IMG/VR virus record: IMGVR_UViG_3300030329_002114 | Location: 24,987 to 88,986 of that record | Origin: a virus | Direction: 5' to 3' (one strand) | DNA: 64,000 nucleotides | Part shown: one piece after another, positions 18,600 to 27,900 of the stretch | Layout: each line of letters starts with the position of its first letter | Position numbering within the stretch: position 1 is the stretch's first letter | Translations under genes and position numbers: made by a program | Notes under the pieces: generated by a model | Told to the model about the DNA's origin: nothing | Database searches by the model: none | Seen by the model: the letters and a program-made list of their open reading frames with translations, nothing else

Positions 18600-21066
18600 A
18601 CAGATATATCAATTAAAAGATTTTAGTGGCGGTATAAATACATTGCAAGATCCAGCTGACATTCAAGATAATCAATTTGAATCATCTAGAGGCTTTATGT
18701 TCAATACTCAGGGTTCTATTTCTCCCTCTTATGTAATGAATGTTGCAGCTAATAAAGTTACAGCTTTTGCTAATACAAATATCACTACAGTGGAATCAGG
18801 CTTTGGTCTGGGTTATTTTGAAACAGATAGAAATAGAGACGCTGTAACGGTTGCAGTGACAAGCTCTATTACAGGCGATGATGACAATGAAGGATCTGCA
18901 ACTGGTTTTATAGCTAGGCTAAATGGCGGTATTAGGCGAGAGTTAGAACGTAAAAGTGGAGGAACTCAACAAAACTTAGCTGCTTCTTTTCCAGTTGGGA
19001 CTAGAATACTTATAACATCTAGTGATTTTAGTGCTGATGGGTTTGATCCAAAAGGACAGGGCATTTATGATGTTGTTGAGCATAATGGAAACAATATTGT
19101 TTTAGATAGAGCAATACCTATTATTATTGAAACTCCGCCTCAAGATTTTTGGGGAGCTACAATAACAGGAGTTACAGGAACAGATTTCTTGCTTCTTATA
19201 GCAAACCCAGCTACACACAAAATAGATGTTTACTCAACTAATACAGCTGGAACTAATTGGGAAAGTAACGCTATTACATTAAGGTCTTCTGCTAGCGGTG
19301 TAGCATCTCAAGTTTTATATTATAGCATTAATGAAGCTATAAGGTGTTGTGATACAGCAATTGGATCTAGCTCTAAAATTCAATGGTATGGCTTCATACA
19401 AAGAAGACATTTTGATGAAGCAAATTCTAGTACAGATGCTAATGCTTATTTAGATTTTTATGCGAAAGATAATACACTATCTCCTCCTTCTGAAAATGGT
19501 CTAACATCAGCATCTACAGCTTCCCCTGCAAATTTTACAACTTATCCAGCTGTAGCTGGAACTGGTTTTGAAGTTAATATAATTACAGATCAAGATGAAA
19601 ATGGTGCAATACCTGCTGCAACATATGAATTAGCTTCTACCTTTATATATGATGGCAATCAAGAGTCCCTTCCATTCGCTTATTCTAATACACATACTGT
19701 TGCAGATGCTTATGATTTGAAGTCTTTATCTTTAAATGTAACTGCTTTAGGCCCATATGATCCTAGAATATCTGGTGGTAGAATCTACATAAGAGAACAA
19801 GGCATAGACGCAGAATATACTATGTTAATTGACATTGACTTAACCAAAGGTTGTAGAACTAAATTTTCAGATGATTTTACAGAATGGCACGATGCAGGTA
19901 GCAGTCAATATAATTGTCCAACTGCAACAGCTTCTGCTAATTTTGTTGTTAAAGAATTTGGATTAGTCACATATGAAGTTATTAATGGTTTTTCTTCTAG
20001 TATATTTAGCAATGCAATAGGAGATGATGGTGAGAACTGGAAAGATTCTGTTGTTGCAAATAATAGAGCTTTTGTTTGTAATTTAAATATTAAAGATGAT
20101 ATGACTGGCAAGTCTAAAGCATTAGCTAGTGTTGGAAATTTTGGTGATAGAATTATGTATTCAATGCCTAATCGTTTTGATACATTTCCATATCATAATT
20201 ACATAGAAGCAGCTAAAGGTGATAATGATGAGTATGTTGCTATAGATTCTTTTGCTGATAGATTATTAGCTTTTAAAAGATTTAGTTTAGATATAATCAA
20301 CATAGCATCCCCTGATGACGCTGGTTGGTTTTTAGAAGATAGTAAACGCTATATGGGTATAAGAAACACTCAGCTTGTTAAAAAAACTCAATATGGTTTA
20401 GTGTTTGCTAACCCTAATGGATTATTTTTATATAATGGAAATAATATTGTTAATCTTTCAGAGAATTTAATAAGTGATTCAGATTGGTCTTCTCATATAA
20501 CTACAGATAGTTGCATTATATATGATGAACAAGAGTCCCAAGTTTATGTGATAAAGCAAATGGATGGCGATGGTCAGGCATATATGTGCGATTTAAAGAA
20601 AAATGTTTTTACTAGAATTAAAGATTTTACCCCAGATGGCAATGATGGAATTACCAATTCAGTAGATACAGATCAAAATGTATATGTAGGTTATGATGCA
20701 GGTTCTCAAATTGATGTTCATCAGCTTGTTAGAACTTCAACAAAACAAACTGGAGGTAGGCTGTATTTTAAAGATTTGGATTTTGGCGATCCTTCTGCAA
20801 TTAAAAAAATATATGCAGTATATGTTACATATAAATCAGATGAAGCCTTAACTGGTCTATTTCATATTAGAAGAGATGGAAGTAATATTGATTTAGATGG
20901 AACTATTCCTATTTCATCAGGTTGGAATACTGTAAAGATTGCACCCAGTTCTCCTATTACATGTACAAAAGCTCAGTTTAGATTAGATCTTGATACAGCT
21001 GATCCTAATGTATATATTAATGATGTTAGTATAGAGTATAGAATAATTAAAAAGAAAGCATCGTGA
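18592..21066 (+). CDS. putative tail nozzle/tubular protein
   Basis: DFSGGIN...DI.DN N-terminus, beta-propeller-like repeats, DFGDP..IKKIY C-terminus. Confidence 0.65.
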   Translation: MPKQIYQLKDFSGGINTLQDPADIQDNQFESSRGFMFNTQGSISPSYVMNVAANKVTAFANTNITTVESGFGLGYFETDRNRDAVTVAVTSSITGDDDNEGSATGFIARLNGGIRRELERKSGGTQQNLAASFPVGTRILITSSDFSADGFDPKGQGIYDVVEHNGNNIVLDRAIPIIIETPPQDFWGATITGVTGTDFLLLIANPATHKIDVYSTNTAGTNWESNAITLRSSASGVASQVLYYSINEAIRCCDTAIGSSSKIQWYGFIQRRHFDEANSSTDANAYLDFYAKDNTLSPPSENGLTSASTASPANFTTYPAVAGTGFEVNIITDQDENGAIPAATYELASTFIYDGNQESLPFAYSNTHTVADAYDLKSLSLNVTALGPYDPRISGGRIYIREQGIDAEYTMLIDIDLTKGCRTKFSDDFTEWHDAGSSQYNCPTATASANFVVKEFGLVTYEVINGFSSSIFSNAIGDDGENWKDSVVANNRAFVCNLNIKDDMTGKSKALASVGNFGDRIMYSMPNRFDTFPYHNYIEAAKGDNDEYVAIDSFADRLLAFKRFSLDIINIASPDDAGWFLEDSKRYMGIRNTQLVKKTQYGLVFANPNGLFLYNGNNIVNLSENLISDSDWSSHITTDSCIIYDEQESQVYVIKQMDGDGQAYMCDLKKNVFTRIKDFTPDGNDGITNSVDTDQNVYVGYDAGSQIDVHQLVRTSTKQTGGRLYFKDLDFGDPSAIKKIYAVYVTYKSDEALTGLFHIRRDGSNIDLDGTIPISSGWNTVKIAPSSPITCTKAQFRLDLDTADPNVYINDVSIEYRIIKKKAS

Positions 21067-21491
21067 TGGATAGAATTTCTAGGTATATTAATAACAGAAA
21101 GCAAGACAAAATTCGCATGTCTAATAGCAGACCCTCATTACAAAGCTTACGTGAGGGTGAAGAGGTTCTCTATATTAATAAAGATAATAAGCTTTGTAGA
21201 TATAGAAAAGAAAAAGGCATTCTATGGAAGTCTGAAATGAGTCACGATGGAAATCATATTGTAGAAAAAGATTTAAAGATTAGAAAGAATTTATCAGTCT
21301 CAAAAGATATTCATCTTGATGGAACTATAAAATTTGATAATGGAGTTGATATTACCACTAAAGCAACAAGTGGTAATGAAACATTAAGCATAACAACGGA
21401 AGAAACTGTTGGGAGTTCTGTAACTCCTGACGGTAGTTTAAAAGTATATATAAATGGTACTTTGTACCAAATCCCAGTAAAAGAGGTTTAA
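21063..21491 (+). CDS. hypothetical virion protein
   Basis: ORF coupled to the nozzle gene. Confidence 0.65.
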   Translation: MMDRISRYINNRKQDKIRMSNSRPSLQSLREGEEVLYINKDNKLCRYRKEKGILWKSEMSHDGNHIVEKDLKIRKNLSVSKDIHLDGTIKFDNGVDITTKATSGNETLSITTEETVGSSVTPDGSLKVYINGTLYQIPVKEV

Positions 21492-21492
21492 T

Positions 21493-22422
21493 ATGTCATT
21501 AAGTAGTTTATTATTGCAACAACAAATGAGCGAGACTGAAGCAAATCTGCAAGATGTGTATGACGCAGAAGACAGAAGGCGTCAAAAATCTGGAAAATGG
21601 GCAGGGCTTGGAAATTTTGGTGGGGGTCTTCTTGGCTTGGGTGCTGCTGCAGCTCTTGGCGTTACTGCTCCTTGGGCTGTTGGTTTAATAGCAGGTGCAG
21701 GTTCGCTTGGTGGTGGTAAGCTAGCAGAACAATGGGCTGGGGGTAGTACAGATCAAAGAACTTCTTTAGGTCAAAATGTTGATACAATAACTGGAGGCAA
21801 AAAAGAATTTTCACAAAAAGTTAAAGATAGGTATAAAAAGAATGTTGATAGATTTCAGAAAGAGCAAAATTCAAGAATATTTAATAAAGCAGTGAGTACT
21901 GGAATTAAAGCTGGTATGTTTGCTTGGCAAGATCCTTCTAATCAATTTACAAGAGGATCTAACTATTTGCGTAGTAAGCTTGGATTATCTCAAGCTGGAG
22001 GGCCAGTTATCCCTGATACCACTGACGCTATTAATACGATGCAAGCTTATGATCCATTTGGTAGTCCACCAAGTCAATTTGGTGCAACTCCAAATCCTAC
22101 TGGTGTAATGTCTGGGCCTATGGCTGCTCAAGTAGCTGCTGACCCTACAATTGGACAAGGAGTGCTTTCTTATGATAATTGGATGGATCAACAAACGGCT
22201 CCAGTTACACAAAATATTATGGGAGGTTGGTCTGATATTTCTAATTGGAATCCATTGGAACAAGCAATGAATAGAGGTTCTGCTATGAAATCAATTGGAT
22301 TACCCACACCACCTATGAACATGGGGATCCCTAGGCGAATTGGGTATGATCAGTATCCAAGTGGTTTTATTGGAGCTCCTAATCCGTATTTACAAGGTAA
22401 TACTTATACAAACAAACCTTAG
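21493..22422 (+). CDS. putative DNA ejection/internal virion protein
   Basis: Glycine-zipper hydrophobic segment, low-complexity tail, position. Confidence 0.55.
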   Translation: MSLSSLLLQQQMSETEANLQDVYDAEDRRRQKSGKWAGLGNFGGGLLGLGAAAALGVTAPWAVGLIAGAGSLGGGKLAEQWAGGSTDQRTSLGQNVDTITGGKKEFSQKVKDRYKKNVDRFQKEQNSRIFNKAVSTGIKAGMFAWQDPSNQFTRGSNYLRSKLGLSQAGGPVIPDTTDAINTMQAYDPFGSPPSQFGATPNPTGVMSGPMAAQVAADPTIGQGVLSYDNWMDQQTAPVTQNIMGGWSDISNWNPLEQAMNRGSAMKSIGLPTPPMNMGIPRRIGYDQYPSGFIGAPNPYLQGNTYTNKP

Positions 22423-22434
22423 GGAGTAAGATTT

Positions 22435-23691
22435 ATGCACATACCAAATCATATAGACACAGACCCTTCATCAATGACATTTAGTGGCTCTGGTGGAGGA
22501 ACAAACCCAGCTCATTCTAATCCATTACCAGCTGCGTCCTCTGCTCCATATAGTGCTGCTTATGGCCAGACTTTAGGTGCTAATTGGGGAGGAAACATGT
22601 CGGGACTTCAGAGTGCTTGGAATAATCAATTTGGCAATACAGCTGGTACCAATCCAACAAATCCTAATCCATATGATTTTAATTGGTCTTCCAGTACAAT
22701 AAATCCATATTTACAAGGAGCAAATGTTAATAACCCAACTGGAATGGATCAACTTCAATGGCTCAGTGGTCAAGGTATAGATGTTACTGGGCTATCAGAT
22801 GAGGAGCTTGCTTTCTTACCATCTATGGATAAGTTAAATACAGCTTGGAATAGAATGAATACTAATGTGGGAATGGCAAGAACAGGTCTTGGTTTTGGAA
22901 TGGATGCGTCTCAACTAGCTGGTACACAAAATTTATTAGGAATGAGTGGAGGTCAAGGTCTTTCTAGCATTGGAGGTGGGTTTGGCAAAACAGCTGCAAA
23001 TATGTTTAGCAATTTAAGATCACAAGGTCAACAATATAGAACAGATTTAAATCAACAACTTGCAGGTTTTCAATCCGATGTACTTGGAATGCGTTATGAC
23101 TTTGAAGATGCAGAAAGCAATTATCAAGATAGTTTAACAACAGCATTAGGAAATATTATGGCTTCTGGCGAAACAGATTTAGCTGTATCTGCAACAGCTG
23201 GGCCTTTTAATCCCCCTCAAGGTGCTTCAATTGGAACTAATTACCAATGGGGATCGAATACATATACATTAGCAGCTGATGGTCAATGGAAAAGACTAGG
23301 AGGCGAAGGTGGGGTTGCAGGTGCTCAAGAAGACGCATTTGGAGCAAATAATTATGTAGATGCTGGTTTTAATGCTGCATCAGGTATAGACCCAAGTAAT
23401 CCATTACAGGGAGTACTTACTCCAAATACAACTACGGATGAACAAGGTAATCAAACTACTACAACATATAGTTTCTTATCAGACAATAGACTTAAAAAAG
23501 ATATTAACTATTTATTTACTATGAATAATAAAGTTCCTATTTATTCATTTAAGTATAAAGGGTACAATGAAACTCATATAGGTACTATGGCTCAAGACAT
23601 AGAAGATATGATACCAGATGCTGTATCTGAAGTCAATGGATATAAAATGGTTGATTATGAGAAAGTATTTAACTTTAAAGGAGGTCAGTAA
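22435..23691 (+). CDS. internal virion protein with C-terminal peptidase S74-like domain
   Basis: SDNRLKKDI...IYSFKY...GTMAQDI...PDAV....GY..VDY. Confidence 0.7.
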   Translation: MHIPNHIDTDPSSMTFSGSGGGTNPAHSNPLPAASSAPYSAAYGQTLGANWGGNMSGLQSAWNNQFGNTAGTNPTNPNPYDFNWSSSTINPYLQGANVNNPTGMDQLQWLSGQGIDVTGLSDEELAFLPSMDKLNTAWNRMNTNVGMARTGLGFGMDASQLAGTQNLLGMSGGQGLSSIGGGFGKTAANMFSNLRSQGQQYRTDLNQQLAGFQSDVLGMRYDFEDAESNYQDSLTTALGNIMASGETDLAVSATAGPFNPPQGASIGTNYQWGSNTYTLAADGQWKRLGGEGGVAGAQEDAFGANNYVDAGFNAASGIDPSNPLQGVLTPNTTTDEQGNQTTTTYSFLSDNRLKKDINYLFTMNNKVPIYSFKYKGYNETHIGTMAQDIEDMIPDAVSEVNGYKMVDYEKVFNFKGGQ

Positions 23692-23692
23692 T

Positions 23693-24214
23693 ATGGCAAT
23701 GGATAGATATACATCAGGCTTTGATATAGCCGATACCTTAGAAGATACCTTATTAAATTGGGTTATGTCTAATAGGAAATTACAAGAAAACGCTAGGCAG
23801 TTTAATAGAGACCTAGAAGAAAGAAAAAGGCAGTATGATGCAACTTTTGGAGAAGGCAAAAGGAGATATGATATAACTGATCAGCTTGGTAGAGATATGC
23901 GTTTAGGTGATAAAAAAATGGCTCAACAAATATTAGGTAGGGAAAGCGTAAAAGAACAAATAGAAAAATGGGATAGAGCTAGGAAAGCCTATACAAATGC
24001 TCAAGAAAAAAAGTTTTTTGGTATTGGTTTTGATGAACAACGTTCTATAGAGAAATTTGAAAAAGAAGTTGGCCCTCGACCTGAATTAAGACCAATGACT
24101 TTACCAGATTATCCTTTTATGCCTAGTTATGGAATGGATCAAAGTATTATTAGTCAAGCTCCTTCTCAAAGAAGAACAAATTTTTTAAATGAACTTATGC
24201 TAGGAGGTATGTAG
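23693..24214 (+). CDS. putative internal virion protein
   Basis: ATG after GGAGG; charged helical repeats RQF/RQY. Confidence 0.6.
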   Translation: MAMDRYTSGFDIADTLEDTLLNWVMSNRKLQENARQFNRDLEERKRQYDATFGEGKRRYDITDQLGRDMRLGDKKMAQQILGRESVKEQIEKWDRARKAYTNAQEKKFFGIGFDEQRSIEKFEKEVGPRPELRPMTLPDYPFMPSYGMDQSIISQAPSQRRTNFLNELMLGGM

Positions 24215-24945
24215 TGAATGGCATAGATCCTTATCAGGTAAGAGAACTGATAGAAGATTATAATAGTAACCCACAGAGATACTCAGATGGGGAGGCAGAA
24301 ACTATAGCTGTATTAGCGCAAGCTATAGGTGCTCGTTTTCAAAGAGATGGTAAGCCTTTTCAAAAGGGTTTATTTGATGTATTAGATACTGCTACCTTTG
24401 ATCTGCTTCCAAATGAATTGAGACCAACTTCACGTGGAGAATCTGTCTTTGGAGAAACTGATGCAGAACAATTAGCTAGTGCTTTGGGTATTGGAGCTGG
24501 TGTTGTAGGTGGTATTGGTGGGGCTTATAAAGGCGGCAGGGGTCTTTTTAATTATTTTAAAAAGAAAAAAGGTCGCAAAGGTGGTAGTGATCCAATATCA
24601 AATGTAAGAGAACAAACTAAATCAAATGTAAGAGAACAAACTAAACTTCTTGGAGAACCTCAACGTTTATTGTCTGGGCAAACTTCTAGACAAACTAGAC
24701 GCAATAGGTTTCCATTAGATTCTAGAAGTGGAAATCCTATTCCTATGACAAGTAGAGCTGGAGATCCAATTCCTATGGGAGGAGATACTCTTAGTAAAAT
24801 ACGTGAGTTTGAATATAATATGGGAATTGGCGATAGTTATTTTGATACGCAAAAATTAATAAACTATGCTGGTTTAAATATTAAACCAAATCAATTAACT
24901 AGAAGTCAAAGAAATGAAATTATTCAAAGACTTATGGATAGTTAA
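24214..24945 (+). CDS. putative internal virion protein; N-terminus paralogous to the 3030-aa protein
   Basis: Shared V..LI..Y..NP...TFDL.P.E.R...GE..F pattern. Confidence 0.65.
   Translation: MNGIDPYQVRELIEDYNSNPQRYSDGEAETIAVLAQAIGARFQRDGKPFQKGLFDVLDTATFDLLPNELRPTSRGESVFGETDAEQLASALGIGAGVVGGIGGAYKGGRGLFNYFKKKKGRKGGSDPISNVREQTKSNVREQTKLLGEPQRLLSGQTSRQTRRNRFPLDSRSGNPIPMTSRAGDPIPMGGDTLSKIREFEYNMGIGDSYFDTQKLINYAGLNIKPNQLTRSQRNEIIQRLMDS
24597..24644 (+). repeat. perfect 24-bp in-frame tandem duplication
   Basis: ATCAAATGTAAGAGAACAAACTAA twice (SNVREQTK twice). Confidence 0.95.
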
Positions 24946-27900
24946 TGGCATCACCTTATGAGGCGATAAAAGTTCAAAATTTAATAAGGACTTACAAGAC
25001 CAATCCAACTATGTTTAATGACGACCAGCTTGATGAGCTGGAACGTCTTGCTGAAAACAATGAAATAGAATTTAAGAGAAGACAAAGCGAATTTTCTTTA
25101 AGGCGTGGTCTTCAACAGGCACAGGCTGGTTTCATTGAAGGGCTTACTACCTTTGATCTTATTCCTAAGGAACCTCGTAATACAGGTGAAGCTATATTTA
25201 GACAACTCGGTCACCTTGCTGGTTTTGCTCCTGCAATATTAAAAGCTCCAGTGATGGGAGTTGTTCAGGTTGCTTCTAAAGTTACTGGAAAAGAAGTTGC
25301 AGATATAGCTAAGCAACCTTTTACAAGTGCTGTTTTAGATGGCATTAACGCATTAGATGCGATTGCTGTTCCTATGATAGGATCTAGATTAACTAAAAAA
25401 GGATTCGATGCTGCTCTTACTAAAACTGGAGCAGAATCCCTAGAGTTTTTAAAACGAGGTTCACGAACTAGAGCAATCACAGAAGAAGCCTTAGGGCTTG
25501 CATCAGCTAGTGCTATTAGCAATATATGGAAGGGTAAAGATGCTATTGTTGATTCTTATATTGGAGGTGCCATCGCAGGTGGAGCCTTTGGTGGTATTGG
25601 TAATTTTGTTTCTTTAGGTAATTTATATAAAGGCACACCTCAACAAGTAGAACAAGCCAATAAGCTTTTGCGTGCAGGTGTAGCCAGTATGTTTATGGGT
25701 CTTCCTTCTACCCTTAGAAACGATCCAACTGAAATGCAGATATATGAATATCTATTAGGTGGTTTCTTTGGATACAATACAAGACCAGCTAAAGAGGTTG
25801 AGGCTGGTAAATGGATAAATGAAAATAGGGCTAGAGAAGAAATATTTAGACCAGAAACATCTAAAGATTGGAATAAAGTAAATAAGAATGCTCAAGAATT
25901 TATTATTCGAGAGCATCCTATGACTAAAGAATTAAACTCAGAAGGTCACGGTGGCAGTACTGGTGCTGCTTTGGGTTATTTAGAAAGAAGATTTCCAAAT
26001 GCTAAATGGAGAGAAGGAGCATTAAATAATCTTAAGAAAAATAATAAAGAAGCAACAGAATCCAACATACAAGATTTTTACAGAAAGAAAGCTTATGAAG
26101 CTTACAGAATAGAAAAGAAAGTTTTTGAGAATGCTGTATTAGCAAACTCATCTATTATTAATGATGAGAGACTCGATGCTATGGATCAGGCTCAACGTGA
26201 CCAATTTAAGATTGAAGATATATCAGACTCTATAAGTAAATCTTCAGATAAATATGGCGACAGAAAAAGCGTTGGAGAAACTATTATTGAAGTAGCTGAA
26301 AATTCTTCAGTAAATAACGTTCCTAATCGTGAATTGTTTATAAGAGAACTTAGTAATAGGTTTGATTCTAAGACTATAAAAAAATTAGATTCTAAACTTA
26401 GGGGTTGGTTTAATAACTATAGTCAAAGATTTGTAGAACAAGATATTGTCAATATAGATGGACAGGAATACAGAATTATTACTAAGGAGAAAATAGGCGA
26501 AGTAGATGTAGGTGAAAAGGTAGATGTATTGCCAGCAACATATTTAGTTCCTGAAGGTGAGTTTCGTTTAATGACTCATTTTATAAGGGAAGTCCCAAGT
26601 GAAAATGGTCAAGTAAAGCAAGAAGCAATTAAGATAATGAAGACGGATCTTGTATTTGATTATGGCGTTCCCACTGTTAAAAATAGATTAGATGGCAATG
26701 CATATATTAGATTGCAAAATTTATTAGAAGAGAATGGCAGATACATAGTTAGTGGCATTAAAGATAAAGACTATGTAATGACTGGTCGATTTAGAGATGA
26801 GAACTTAACTCTTGATAATGTGTTTGATATTTTATCTAATAAACAAGCTGGTATTATAACAAGAAAACAAGTAGAAGACGCTTATAATAGATCGTTAGAA
26901 AAAGAAAGAGAATTATCTGAGTTTGTGCGTGCAGGTGAATATGAAGCATTAGAAAAACTTCATGAGCGTAAATGGATTTCCAATTTCGTTAACTTAGCCG
27001 AAATGAACAATTTAAAGCTAGAAGATGCTTGGGCTATTATAGACCCAGCTCAAAATTTTGGTAAGAGTGTGGCTGACTTAAATAAGCGTATGTCACTTGT
27101 TACTAATAGAATGACTCCAATGGTTAAAGAAAGCTTTGAGAATGTAGCAGGGATGAATAAAGGTGAAAAGTTTAATGTAATTCAAATAGAAGATAATTTA
27201 GGAATTGGAACTGGAGTATCAGATACAGATGGATACATGGCTTTTAGACATGATATATTTGATGCAACTACTAAATCATTTGGAAGAGATGTTAAAAACA
27301 CTGGCCAGAATAAACCTGTTATTGCTGCTAAAACACCATATGGATTTTTTGCAACTAAGAGTAATGGTCAAAGGGCTCATGAATCTCTTAATGAATGGAT
27401 GATGAAGAACGATGTTCATGCTGTTATATATACAAGTGGATCTAAATTAAAGGGTAATAATCCTATTTCTACTTTAAAGTATGAAAAAGGTAATTATGTT
27501 TCTGATAATATTAATCGAATAGAAATACCCATAGATAAATTACAAGTAAGCTCTGGTACTTATGAGAATACTAAAAAAGATGTTAGAGGCGCTAGTACGC
27601 CTATGCAAAAATTTGGTCAGGCAAACGAAGAACAAGCATTCGGCTTTGCTGACAAATGGATTGATACTGTAGTAAAACCATCTCTTGAGGGATCTGAAAG
27701 AGGTCGGAAAATTTTAGAGAATTATCAAAAGACTAATGATTTAACAGAAATGTCTAAGGCTTTTGAAAATAAAGATATTAAATTGGAAGAACTTCCTTTT
27801 AGATTTGTTATTGATACTCTTTTAAAAAATCCTGATTCTAAATTAGGAAGATTTCTTTCTGATAGGTTAATGCGTTTAGAAGTTGAGGGTGAATTAGATA

